From Candidatus Amphirhobacter heronislandensis (GTDB lineage: Bacteria > Pseudomonadota > Gammaproteobacteria > Tethybacterales > Tethybacteraceae), in NCBI GenBank assembly GCA_001750625.1, contig MEIE01000001.1, forward strand, positions 9,316 to 73,315: 64,000 nt of DNA, read 5' to 3'. Below are positions 46,937 through 56,206 of this stretch, one piece after another (within the stretch, counting starts at the first letter, position 1; each line of letters begins with the position of its first letter). The translations under genes were made by a program, and so were the position numbers. The notes beneath the pieces are model-generated. The model saw nothing but the letters and a program-made list of their open reading frames with translations, did no database searches and was not told the DNA's origin.

Positions 46937-48357
46937 CCTTCTTCCCCGGCCGCCGCGGCGGCCTCCTCGATCGTCACTTCGATGCCCAGCGCCCGCTGGG
47001 CCTCGGCGGTGGCCGTGGCGAAGGCGCGCAGCTGCTCGGCCGTCAGCGAGGGCTTGACCACCGGCACCTTGGCCGACAGCGGGTCGACGTGGACGCCGTC
47101 GATGCGGAACTCGTAGTGCAGGTGGGGGCCGGTCGACAGGCCGGTGGAGCCCACGTAGCCGATCACGTCGCCCTGCAGGACCTGGACGCCGCCGCGCATG
47201 CCCTGGGCGTAGCGGCTCATGTGCGCGTACAGGGTGGTGTACTTGCCGCCGTAATGCCTGATGCTCACGACCTTGCCGTAGCCGCCCTTGGTGCCGACGA
47301 ACTCGATGACGCCGTCGCCGGTGGCGCGGATCGGCGTGCCGGTGGGCGCGGCGAAGTCGACGCCGCGGTGCGCGCGCCATTTTTTGAGGACCGGATGGAA
47401 GCGGCGCAGGCTGTAGCGGGACGAGATCCGGGTGAACTTGAGCGGCGACAGCAAGAAGGCGCGCTGGGAGTTTTCTCCTTTTTCAGTGTAGTAGCTGCCG
47501 TCGGCCGGGTTGAGCAGGCCGATCTTGCTGACGCCCTGGTTGATGAGGTGGACGCCGTACAGCTGGCCGGGGCCGGCGTAGTCGCCGTCGGCGTCGTACA
47601 GCTGCTCGTAGTAGATCGCGATGCTGTCGCCGTCGCGGATCTCGCGGACGAAGTCGACCCGGGTCTCGAGGACGTCGGCGACCTTGTTGATCATCAAATC
47701 CGGGATGCCGGCGTTGACGAAGGCCTGGTAGATCGACGGCGTGTCCGGCGTGATGGCGGCGAGGCCGCTGACGCGGCGGCTGGCGAGCTGGGGAACGTCC
47801 TCCGAAGCGCTCATCGTGCCGTCGGGACTGCGGACGAAGTTGAAATGCAGCTCGGGGCTGAGCTTGTAGCGCAGCGCGGCCAGGCGGCCGGCGTCGTCCA
47901 TGCGGTAGTCGATCTGCTTGCGCGGATGCAGCTTGTTGTAGCTTTGCATCCGCAGGGTGACTAGATAGGCGAAGGCCTCGTCGTCGGCCTTGATCTTGCG
48001 CAGGATGCCGCCGAGGGTGTCGCGGCGGGCGATGGTGTAGCTGAGCCACTCTTCTTTCTCGGCGGCCGGGACGGGCGGTTCGGCGGCGGCGGCCGCCGCC
48101 GCGTCCTCCTCGGCGAAGGGCAGGTCGAGCGCGAGGGGCCGTTCCTGCGGCGCGTAGGCCGAAGGGTAGGCCGGGCCGTAGTCGGGCTCGGCCAGCAGGT
48201 CTTCGAAGTACGCCTCGAAGCCGCTGGCTTCCTCCTGCGCGGGAGCCAAAGCGAGCGAGAACAGGGCGGCCGCCAGCACGAAGCCCAGCGCCCACAGCGA
48301 CTGGGCCTGCTCGGCGAGATGGTCGCGCAGCTGCCTTGGCAGGCGGGGCAGGGGCAC
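46933..48357 (-). CDS. M23 family metallopeptidase (murein DD-endopeptidase MepM/NlpD-like) with OapA-type N-terminal domain
   Basis: C-terminal [20 protein letters not shown]...[16 protein letters not shown]23 zinc motifs. N-terminal TM helix. Confidence 0.8.
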   Translation of the reverse strand: MPLPRLPRQLRDHLAEQAQSLWALGFVLAAALFSLALAPAQEEASGFEAYFEDLLAEPDYGPAYPSAYAPQERPLALDLPFAEEDAAAAAAAEPPVPAAEKEEWLSYTIARRDTLGGILRKIKADDEAFAYLVTLRMQSYNKLHPRKQIDYRMDDAGRLAALRYKLSPELHFNFVRSPDGTMSASEDVPQLASRRVSGLAAITPDTPSIYQAFVNAGIPDLMINKVADVLETRVDFVREIRDGDSIAIYYEQLYDADGDYAGPGQLYGVHLINQGVSKIGLLNPADGSYYTEKGENSQRAFLLSPLKFTRISSRYSLRRFHPVLKKWRAHRGVDFAAPTGTPIRATGDGVIEFVGTKGGYGKVVSIRHYGGKYTTLYAHMSRYAQGMRGGVQVLQGDVIGYVGSTGLSTGPHLHYEFRIDGVHVDPLSAKVPVVKPSLTAEQLRAFATATAEAQRALGIEVTIEEAAAAAGEEG

Positions 48358-48418
48358 GGACGGACGGATGAAGGGCGGCGGCTTGCGCTATTTTAGTATG
48401 CGGACCGCCGCGTGCTAG

Positions 48419-48437
48419 AATAATGATAATCATTATC
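48419..48437. promoter_or_regulatory. Fur box (AATAATGATAATCATTATC; 18/19 match to the consensus GATAATGATAATCATTATC) immediately upstream of fbpA
   Basis: Read directly from the sequence in the M23 / fbpA divergent intergenic region. Confidence 0.8.
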
Positions 48438-48439
48438 AT

Positions 48440-49462
48440 TTGCAAAAACAGGTGAAAACGCAAGCGGGCGCCGTCGCCGCCGCAGCCGTGATGATGGCCG
48501 CGGCGCTGGCCGCGCCGCCCGTGCGCGCGGACGAGGTCAACGTCTACACCGAGCGCCAGGAGGTGTTCCTGCGCGACGTCTTCGCGGGCTTCACCGCGGC
48601 GACCGGCGTCAAGGTCAATGCCCTTTACCTCGCCAACGGCGCGATCGAGCGCCTGGCGAGCGAAGGCGAGCACACGGTCGCGGACGTGGTGATCGTCGCC
48701 GACGTCGGCCGGCTGCAGGAGCTCGAGGACCGGGGCCTGACGCAGGAAATCGACGCCGGCGTCATCGGGGCGGCGCCGCACAGCGACGCGCGGCAGTGGG
48801 TGGCACTGACGCGGCGGCTGCGGGTGCTGTTCGTGCCGCAGGACAGTCCGGCCGCCGCAGAGGAGATGGCGGGCCTGGCCGCTGCGCGGTGGCGCGGCGG
48901 CCTGTGCCTGCGCAGCGGCTTCCATCCGTACAACGTCGCTTTGTTCGCGAACTACCTCGGCCTGCACGGCGAGCAGGAGGCCCGGGCGCTCATCGATGGC
49001 GTCAAGGCCAACCTGGCGCGCCGGCCGCAGGGCAACGACCGCGCGCAGATCAAGGGGGTCGCGTCCGGCCAGTGCAAGGCCGCGGTCGCGAACCTGTATT
49101 ACTACCACAAGATGCTCGCTGGCGATGACGCCGCCGAACGCAAGGCGGCCGAGGCGGTGCGCTGGCTTCCCCTGCGCATGGATGCCGAAGGAGTGCACGC
49201 GAACGTCAGCGGCGGCGCGATCGCCAGGCACAGCAAGCGGCCCGCGGCGGCCGCGCGGCTGCTCGAGTACATGCTGTCGGCCGAGGCCCAGCGGATCTAC
49301 GCCGCCGCCAACGGCGAGCTGCCGGTCCGGCGGGACGTCGCGATGCCCGCCGCCTTGCAGGCCGCCGCCGCTCTGCCGGTGAACGGCCTGCCGATCGGCC
49401 GCATCGCTTCTTTGCGTCCCGCCGCCGCGGCGCTGGTCGCAGAAGCGGCCTTCGACGACTAG
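48440..49462 (+). CDS. fbpA: Fe(3+) ABC transporter periplasmic substrate-binding protein
   Basis: Signal peptide ending VRA/DE. VNVYTERQEVFL...TGVKV pattern colinear with Neisseria FbpA. Start ambiguous (TTG 48440 or GTG 48452). Confidence 0.8.
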   Translation: MQKQVKTQAGAVAAAAVMMAAALAAPPVRADEVNVYTERQEVFLRDVFAGFTAATGVKVNALYLANGAIERLASEGEHTVADVVIVADVGRLQELEDRGLTQEIDAGVIGAAPHSDARQWVALTRRLRVLFVPQDSPAAAEEMAGLAAARWRGGLCLRSGFHPYNVALFANYLGLHGEQEARALIDGVKANLARRPQGNDRAQIKGVASGQCKAAVANLYYYHKMLAGDDAAERKAAEAVRWLPLRMDAEGVHANVSGGAIARHSKRPAAAARLLEYMLSAEAQRIYAAANGELPVRRDVAMPAALQAAAALPVNGLPIGRIASLRPAAAALVAEAAFDD

Positions 49463-49469
49463 GCTGCCG

Positions 49470-51047
49470 ATGGCGGGCGCGGGCTGGAGCAGGCGCCTAG
49501 GCCAAGCCGGCGCCGCGGCGCTGCTGCTGGCCGCGCTCGCGCCGCTGCTGGCGGTTTTCGTCCTGCCGTGGCTTTTCCCAGCCGATGCGTCGTGGCCGCG
49601 CGGGACGCCGTCGATGCTGGCGGCGACCATGCTGCTCGCCGGCGGCGCCAGCGTGCTGGCGCTTGTTTGGGGGACGGCCGCCGCCTGGCTGGTGGAGATG
49701 TGCTCCTTCCCGGGCCGGCGCGCCTTCGGCCTGTTGCTGTTTTTGCCGTTCGCGCTGCCGCCTTACCTGCACGCCTACGTGTGGGGCGACCTCGCGGACG
49801 CGGCGGCGGTCGGCGGCGTGCGCGGCATGCCGGGCGCCTGCCTGCTGATGTCGCTCGCCCTTTATCCGTACGTCTACATGTTCGCCCGCGCGAGCTTCGC
49901 GCGGCAGTCCTCGAGCCTGCAGGCCGCGTCGCGGCTGCTGGGCTGCACGCCCTGGGGCGCGTTTTTCAAGGTCGCGCTGCCGATGGCGCGGCCGGCGCTG
50001 GGCATCGGCGTCCTGCTGGTGTTCATGGAGGCCGCGAACGACATCGCGGTCGCGCAGGATTTCGGCCTGGGCACCCTGGGCTACCGGGTCTACGACCTGT
50101 GGCTCAACCGCGGCGACGGCGGCGGCGCCGCGCTGCTGGCCTCCTTGCTGGCCGTGATCGGCATCGCGCTGTTCGGCCTTGAGTACTTCATGCGCCGCCG
50201 GCAGCGCCAGTACGAAAGCTCGCTCAGGCATTTTGGCGGCGCCAGCGTCTACCGGCTGCGGGGCGGCCGGGCTCTCCTCGCCTGCGGCGGCTGCGCCGCG
50301 CTGGCGCTGCTGGGCTTCGCGGTCCCGGCGCTGGCGCTGGCGGCCAAGGCCCTCGCGGCCTCCGCCTGGCGGCCGGAGCGCCTGGCGGCCGCGCTGGCGG
50401 ACACGCTGCTGCTGGCGCTGCTGGCCGGCGGCGCGAGCTTCGCGATCGGCATGGCCCTGCTGTGGCTGCGGCGGCGCAGCCGCCTGGCCGCGGTCCGCGT
50501 GGCCTGCATCCTGCCGGCGGGCGGCTACGCGCTGCCGGGGGTGGTCTACGGCATGGGCTGCCTGCTGCTGGCGGGCGCCCTCGCCGACGGCCTGTTCGGC
50601 CTGACCGGCTACTCGGCCCACTGGCTGCTGCATTCGAGCGTCAGCGTCCTGGTGCTGGCGCTGGCCTGCCGCTATCTCGTCATTCCCGGCGGCGCGCTGG
50701 AGCGCGGCCTGGACGCGGTGTCGCCGCGCATGGACCAGGTCGGCCGCTGCGCCGGCAAGTCCCGCCTGGCGATGGCCTGGCAGGTCTGGCTGCCGCTGCT
50801 GCGGCCGTCGCTGCTGGCGGGCGGGCTGCTGCTGGCGGCCGACATCATCAAGGAGCTGCCGCTGACGCTGCTGCTGCGGCCGCTCGGCACCGACCCCCTC
50901 GCGCCGCTGCTGTACCAGTACGCCAGCGACGAGGACCTGGGCCTGGCGGCGCCGCCGGCGCTGCTGCTGGTGCTGCTGACCCTGACGCTGCTGTGCCTGG
51001 CCTACCCGATGCTGATGGCCGAATCCCGCCGCCGCTTCGCCGCCTAA
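49470..51047 (+). CDS. fbpB: Fe(3+) ABC transporter permease (duplicated TMD)
   Basis: 525 aa with two ABC-TMD halves, each with an EAA-like loop (MEAANDIAVAQDFG / KELPLTLLLRP). Confidence 0.8.
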   Translation: MAGAGWSRRLGQAGAAALLLAALAPLLAVFVLPWLFPADASWPRGTPSMLAATMLLAGGASVLALVWGTAAAWLVEMCSFPGRRAFGLLLFLPFALPPYLHAYVWGDLADAAAVGGVRGMPGACLLMSLALYPYVYMFARASFARQSSSLQAASRLLGCTPWGAFFKVALPMARPALGIGVLLVFMEAANDIAVAQDFGLGTLGYRVYDLWLNRGDGGGAALLASLLAVIGIALFGLEYFMRRRQRQYESSLRHFGGASVYRLRGGRALLACGGCAALALLGFAVPALALAAKALAASAWRPERLAAALADTLLLALLAGGASFAIGMALLWLRRRSRLAAVRVACILPAGGYALPGVVYGMGCLLLAGALADGLFGLTGYSAHWLLHSSVSVLVLALACRYLVIPGGALERGLDAVSPRMDQVGRCAGKSRLAMAWQVWLPLLRPSLLAGGLLLAADIIKELPLTLLLRPLGTDPLAPLLYQYASDEDLGLAAPPALLLVLLTLTLLCLAYPMLMAESRRRFAA

Positions 51048-51067
51048 TTTAAAATCCCGCCGCTACG

Positions 51068-52120
51068 ATGCAGCTGCAGCTAGCCAGCGTCAGCCACTAC
51101 CATGGCCGGACCCCGATTCTCAATGGCCTGAGCCTGCAGCTCGAGGAAGGGGAGACCGGCGCCCTGATCGGCCCGAGCGGCGCGGGCAAGACCACCGTGC
51201 TCAACTGCATCGCCGGCCTCGAGGAGGTCTCCGGCGGCGAGATCCACATCGGCGGGACGCTGGCGAGCGCGCAGGATTTCCATCTGCCGGCCGAGCGCCG
51301 CGGCGTCGGCATGATGTTCCAGGACTCGGCTTTGTTCCCCCATCTGAGCGTCGCTGACAACGTCGCCTTCGGCCTGCGCGGTACGGCGGCGGCCACGCGC
51401 GGCCGCGTCGAGGAGATCCTCGCCTCGTGCGCGATGGCCGACTACGCCGCGGCGCGGCCGCACGAGCTGTCCGGCGGCCAGCAGCAGCGGGTCGCGCTGG
51501 CGCGGGCGCTGGCGCCGCGGCCGCGGCTGCTGCTGCTCGACGAGCCCTTCGCCGGGACCGACGCCGCGCTCAAGGCCAGCCTGCTGCAGGAAGTCGGCGA
51601 CATCATCAAGCGGGAGAAGTCGACGGCGCTGCTGGTCACGCACGACCAGGCCGAGGCCTTCGCCCTCGCCGACCGCTGCGGCGTGATCGACGCCGGCAGC
51701 ATCTGCCAGTGGGACACCGCCTACAACCTGTACCATTGCCCGAACTGCGCCTTCGTCGCCAGCTTCATCGGCGACGGCGTGCTCATCGACGGCAGGCTGG
51801 CCGCGGCCGACGAGGTCGCGACCGAGCTCGGCCCGGTCAAGGCGGCCGCGCCGCTGACGACGCCGCTGCTGGCAAAAGGCAGCAGCGTCAAGATGCTGCT
51901 GCGCCCCGACGACATCGTGCTCACCGAGGAGGGGCAGGGCATCGCGGCGCGGGTCTTGGAGAAATCCTTCCGCGGGGCCGAGATCCTGTACAAGCTCGCG
52001 ACCGGCGCGGGCACCCACATCTACGCGGTGCTGCCGAGCCGCCACGACCTGGCCGTCGGCGCCGCGATCGCGGTCGCGCCGCAGGTCGACCACGTCGTCG
52101 TCTTTCCCTCGATCGGCTGA
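51068..52120 (+). CDS. fbpC: Fe(3+) ABC transporter ATP-binding protein
   Basis: Walker A GPSGAGKTT, signature LSGGQQQRVALARAL, Walker B LLLLDEPF, and a C-terminal TOBE-like domain. Confidence 0.85.
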   Translation: MQLQLASVSHYHGRTPILNGLSLQLEEGETGALIGPSGAGKTTVLNCIAGLEEVSGGEIHIGGTLASAQDFHLPAERRGVGMMFQDSALFPHLSVADNVAFGLRGTAAATRGRVEEILASCAMADYAAARPHELSGGQQQRVALARALAPRPRLLLLDEPFAGTDAALKASLLQEVGDIIKREKSTALLVTHDQAEAFALADRCGVIDAGSICQWDTAYNLYHCPNCAFVASFIGDGVLIDGRLAAADEVATELGPVKAAAPLTTPLLAKGSSVKMLLRPDDIVLTEEGQGIAARVLEKSFRGAEILYKLATGAGTHIYAVLPSRHDLAVGAAIAVAPQVDHVVVFPSIG

Positions 52121-52803
52121 TGGAGCTGTTCTCCCCCGAATGGTTCGGGGCCCTGCTGTCGATCATCGCGATCGACCTGGTCCTCGCCGGCGACAACGCC
52201 GTCGTGATCGCGATGGCGGCCAATTCGCTGCCGCCGAAGCAGCAGCGGATGGCCGTGGTCCTGGGGACCATGGGCGCGATCGTCGTCCGGGCCGCCTGCG
52301 CGGTGTTCGCGGTCTACCTGCTGCGGGTGGAGCTGCTCAAGGCGATTGGCGGACTGCTGCTGCTGTGGATCGCCTGGCGGATGGTGACCGAGGACCACGG
52401 CAAGGAAAAATCCGCCGCGGCGGAGCGCCAGCCCAAGACCATGCGCGAGGCGATGATGCTGATCGTCTTCGCCGACGCCATCATGGGCCTCGACAACGCC
52501 TTGGCGATCGCGGCCGCCGCGAAGGACGACATCGGGCTGGTGATCTTCGGCCTGCTGCTGAGCATCCCGATCATCATGTGGGGCAGCTTCCTCGTCCTGC
52601 GCATCATCAAAAAGCACCCGTGGGTGATCTGGCTCGGCGGCGCGCTGCTGGGCTACATCGGCGGCGGCCTGGTCGCCACCGATCCGTTTTTCTTCGACCG
52701 GTTTTTCACAGACCTGCCGGCGGCGGTGTGGACGATGAAAATCCTGCCGGCGGTCGCGATGTTCGCCCTGGGCTGGTGGTTCAGCCGCCGTCGGACGACT
52801 TGA
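52120..52803 (+). CDS. TerC family integral membrane protein (YjbE/Alx-like, putative metal exporter)
   Basis: 227 aa with LAGDNAVVIAMAA and GLDNALAIAAAA repeats, the duplicated DN motifs of TerC/UPF0053. ATG overlaps the fbpC stop (TGATG). Confidence 0.75.
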   Translation: MELFSPEWFGALLSIIAIDLVLAGDNAVVIAMAANSLPPKQQRMAVVLGTMGAIVVRAACAVFAVYLLRVELLKAIGGLLLLWIAWRMVTEDHGKEKSAAAERQPKTMREAMMLIVFADAIMGLDNALAIAAAAKDDIGLVIFGLLLSIPIIMWGSFLVLRIIKKHPWVIWLGGALLGYIGGGLVATDPFFFDRFFTDLPAAVWTMKILPAVAMFALGWWFSRRRTT

Positions 52804-54160
52804 GCAGCGCGAGCTCGACCGCCTTGCCCAGATAGGTCTCCGGCCGCAGCGCCAGCAGCTCGTCGCGCAGGCTGCCCTCGTCGGGGACCAGCTGCCGGAC
52901 CATGTCCTGGTACTGGGCCTCGTCCATGCGCCGCAGCCCCTTGGTCAGTTCCTTGAGGCGGTCGTAGGCCGCGGCGTCGCCGGCGGCGCGCAGCCGGGTC
53001 TGCACCGCTTCGGCGAGCACCTGCCAGTTGCGGTCGAGGTCGGCGCGCAGGGCGTCGGGATCGGGCGCGACGCGTTCAAGGCCCCGCAGCGCGCTGTCCC
53101 AGGCCAGCATGCCGTGGCCGAGCGCGACGCCGAGGTTGCGCAGCAGCGTCGAGTTGCTCAGGTCGCGCTGCAGGCGCGACAGCGGCAGCGCCTCGCGCAG
53201 GCAGCCGAGCAGGGCGTTCGCGATCTGCAGGTTGCCTTCGGCGTTCTCGAAATCGATGGGGTTGGTCTTGTGCGGCATCGTCGAGGAGCCGACTTCGGCC
53301 GCCGCCGCCCGCTGGACCAGGTAGTCCATGCCGATGTACAGGCTGGCGTCCCGCGCGAGGTCGAGCAGGATGCTGTTGACGCCGGCGAGCAGGCCGCAGT
53401 AACGCGCCAGGTTGTCGTAGGGCTCGATCTGCGTCGTGTGGGTGGCGAAGCCGAGGCCGAGGCCCTCGACGAAGCCGCGCGCCGCCTTCTCCCAGTCGAC
53501 GCCGGGCGCCGCCGCGGTCAGGGCGCTGTAGTTGCCGGTGGCGCCGTTGAATTTGCCGGCGAAGCGGTGGGCGGCGAGCAGCCGCCGGGATTCGTCAAGG
53601 CGGCGCTCGAAGACGCGCAGCTCCTTGCCCAGGGTCGTCGGCGTCGCCGGCTGGCCGTGGGTGCGTCCCAGCATCGGCAGCCGGGCGTGCTCGGTCGCCA
53701 GCGCCGCGAGCTTTTCCTGCAGCCGTCCCAGCAGCGGGTCGAGGACCTCCTCCTGGGCCGCGCGCAGCATGAGCGAATGCGCGAGGTTGTTGATGTCCCA
53801 GGACGTGCAGCCGAAATGCAGCCACGGCGCCGCCGCCGCCAGATCCAGCGCGGTGAGCCGTTCGGCCAGGTGGATCTCGACCGCCTTGAGGTCGTGCCGC
53901 GCCTCGGCCTCGATTTCCTTGATCCGCGCCGGCGCGTCCGCCGGCATCGCCGCGGCCAGCTCGCGCAGCTTGGCGGTCGCCGCCGCGTCCAGCTCGAGAC
54001 CGCAGTCCGGCAGCTCGGCGAGGGCCAGCAGCCACTCGATCTCCAGCCGCCAGCGGCGCTCGATGAGGCCCGCCTCGGAGAAGATCGCGGCCAGCGGCGC
54101 GGCGCGGTCCGCGTAGCGCCCGTCCAGCGGGCTGAGCCGGTCGAGGGAAGCCGCGGCCAT
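52781..54160 (-). CDS. purB: Adenylosuccinate lyase
   Basis: 459 aa, LSPLDGRY...GCTSWDINN...GSSTMPHKTNPIDFEN (fumarate-lyase signature). Confidence 0.9.
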   Translation of the reverse strand: MAAASLDRLSPLDGRYADRAAPLAAIFSEAGLIERRWRLEIEWLLALAELPDCGLELDAAATAKLRELAAAMPADAPARIKEIEAEARHDLKAVEIHLAERLTALDLAAAAPWLHFGCTSWDINNLAHSLMLRAAQEEVLDPLLGRLQEKLAALATEHARLPMLGRTHGQPATPTTLGKELRVFERRLDESRRLLAAHRFAGKFNGATGNYSALTAAAPGVDWEKAARGFVEGLGLGFATHTTQIEPYDNLARYCGLLAGVNSILLDLARDASLYIGMDYLVQRAAAAEVGSSTMPHKTNPIDFENAEGNLQIANALLGCLREALPLSRLQRDLSNSTLLRNLGVALGHGMLAWDSALRGLERVAPDPDALRADLDRNWQVLAEAVQTRLRAAGDAAAYDRLKELTKGLRRMDEAQYQDMVRQLVPDEGSLRDELLALRPETYLGKAVELALLKSSDGG

Positions 54161-54173
54161 CTTCGCCGCCGCG

Positions 54174-56144
54174 TTAATTTGGCTGCTGCTCGTCGTCGTC
54201 GTCCGCCGCGCCGCCGTCGGGAAGCTTGACGGCTTCGGGGGCCGTGCCGATGATGCTGTGCAGCTGGCCGAAGCGGTCGCTGATGCGCCGCGCGCCCTTG
54301 CGGGTGTCGGTCGACAGCGACAGCAGGTCGTCGCTGGTGCGCATCAGCTGCGCGATGTTGCGCTCGAGCTTGTCGTAGTCGGCCTCGACGCCGGCGAGCT
54401 CGGCGCGCAGGCTTTCGATCTCGCGCCGCGCGGTCGCGTCCTTGATGACCGCGCGCGCCACCGTCACCATCGCGATCAGCGTCGACGGCGACGCCAGCCA
54501 GACCTGCTTCTTGTACGCCTCGTCGACCAGGGCGCGGTGGTTGACGTGGGCCTCGGAGAAGGCCGACTCGCTCGGCAGCAGCAGCAGGGCGCCCTCGGCG
54601 GTCTCGTCCTTGATCACGGCGTTGGCCGCGAGCTCGTCGATCGCCGCCGCCAGCTTGGCGCCGAAGGCCTCCCGGGCCTGCTTGACCTCGCCGGCCGCGG
54701 CGGTCGGAGCGAGGACGACCTCGAGGTCGCTGAGGTCGAGCTTGGTGCTGATGGCGATGCTGCCGCTGGGCTTGGGCAGCTTGAGCAGGCAGTCGACCTT
54801 GAAGCCGTTCGACAGCTCGGCGTTGAGCTCGTAGTCGCCGGGGGACAGCGTGTCCTTGACGATCGATTCGATCAGCACCTCGCCGAGGCTGCCGCGGGCG
54901 CGGCGGTCGTCGAGGACCTGCGCGAGCACGCTGACGTTCTCGGCGAGCTGGGCGATGTGGGCGCGCGTCTGCTCGATGGCGTCGACCTTGGCGGCGAAGT
55001 TGCTGAAGGTCTCGTGCATGTCGCTCATGTCTTTTTGGATGCGCTTGTTGACCTTGGCGCCGACCTTGTCGAAGTTGGCGTCGATCTGCTGGCCCAGCGT
55101 GTCGATGCCCTGGCCCATCTGGCCGCCGATCGCCGACAGGTCGTCGGCGACTTTCTTGTTGACGCTCGCGATGCCCGAATCGATCTTGGCGTTGACGCTG
55201 TCGATGTTCTCATTGAGCCTGCCGGAGACGTCGCTGATGCCGCCGTCGAGCTTTTCGGTCACGCTGTCGATGTCGGCGTTCAGGCGCTCGGAGATCGTCC
55301 CGAAGTTGCCCGCCATGTCGGTGGCGACCGCGCCCAGGGCCTCGTTGACCCGCGAGTTGATCCGCGTCAGGTTGTCGTCGAGCTCCTTGTTCATGCTGGC
55401 GAGGCTCTCGTTCAGGCTGCCGCTGGCGTCCTCGACGCCGCTGCTGATCGCCTTGGTGACGCTCGCCAGGGTCTCGCTGGCGCTGCCGGTGCTGGCGTTG
55501 ATGTCCTGCTCGACCTTTTCGGCGAGCTGGCGGTAGCCGGAGCTGACCGACTTGGTGACCTTCTCGATGGATTTCTTCTGGTTCTCCACCAGGTCGGTGA
55601 CGTTGCCGTCGACCGCGGCCGCGATCGCCTCGAGGGCCTTGGTCATCTCCTCGTGCTCGCGCGCGGCGTTGTCGCGGATCTGGGTGCTGAGGTTCTGCTG
55701 GTAGTCCTCGACGGCCTTGGCGTTGACGTCGCGGACGTTGGCGATCTGCTCGGCGAAGTCGACGGCGTTGTCGGAGATGATCTTCATCATCGACTCGCGC
55801 AGGTTCTCGGCGTTGTAGGCGGCCTCGCCCTTGAGCTTGCCGGTCTCGCCGCGGAACTCGCTGACCGCCTTTTCGAGGCTGCCGCGCCAGGACTCGCCGA
55901 GGTTGTCGAGCACCGCCTTGTGCTTGGCGTCGCGCTCCTCGAGGTCGTCGTGCAGCCGCTGGGACAGGACGGTGATGTCCTTCTCCACTTTGACGTGGAT
56001 GTTGTCGGTCAGGTCCGCCATCTTGCTGTCGACGCCGATGATCTTGTTCGCGACGATGGCGAAGAAAACCGCGACGATGATGAGGACCGCGATGACCGCG
56101 ATCGCCATGTATTCAGGGGTCAAGAAGGCCTGGAGTTCGGACAT
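54174..56144 (-). CDS. rmuC: DNA recombination protein RmuC with an unusually long N-terminal coiled-coil / 11-residue-repeat region
   Basis: N-terminal TM helix. About 400 aa of coiled coil that includes hendecad repeats (LNADIDSVTEK LDGGISDVSGR LNENIDSVNAK IDSGIASVNKK ...). Then the conserved RmuC domain (NGFKVDCLLKLPKP...LLLPSESAFSEA). Confidence 0.8.
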   Translation of the reverse strand: MSELQAFLTPEYMAIAVIAVLIIVAVFFAIVANKIIGVDSKMADLTDNIHVKVEKDITVLSQRLHDDLEERDAKHKAVLDNLGESWRGSLEKAVSEFRGETGKLKGEAAYNAENLRESMMKIISDNAVDFAEQIANVRDVNAKAVEDYQQNLSTQIRDNAAREHEEMTKALEAIAAAVDGNVTDLVENQKKSIEKVTKSVSSGYRQLAEKVEQDINASTGSASETLASVTKAISSGVEDASGSLNESLASMNKELDDNLTRINSRVNEALGAVATDMAGNFGTISERLNADIDSVTEKLDGGISDVSGRLNENIDSVNAKIDSGIASVNKKVADDLSAIGGQMGQGIDTLGQQIDANFDKVGAKVNKRIQKDMSDMHETFSNFAAKVDAIEQTRAHIAQLAENVSVLAQVLDDRRARGSLGEVLIESIVKDTLSPGDYELNAELSNGFKVDCLLKLPKPSGSIAISTKLDLSDLEVVLAPTAAAGEVKQAREAFGAKLAAAIDELAANAVIKDETAEGALLLLPSESAFSEAHVNHRALVDEAYKKQVWLASPSTLIAMVTVARAVIKDATARREIESLRAELAGVEADYDKLERNIAQLMRTSDDLLSLSTDTRKGARRISDRFGQLHSIIGTAPEAVKLPDGGAADDDDEQQPN

Positions 56145-56206
56145 TTCGGCTGGAATCTCAGGTTGGCGGCTTCTAATTATATTGTTTTAAGGCGTAAACT
56201 TAGATA

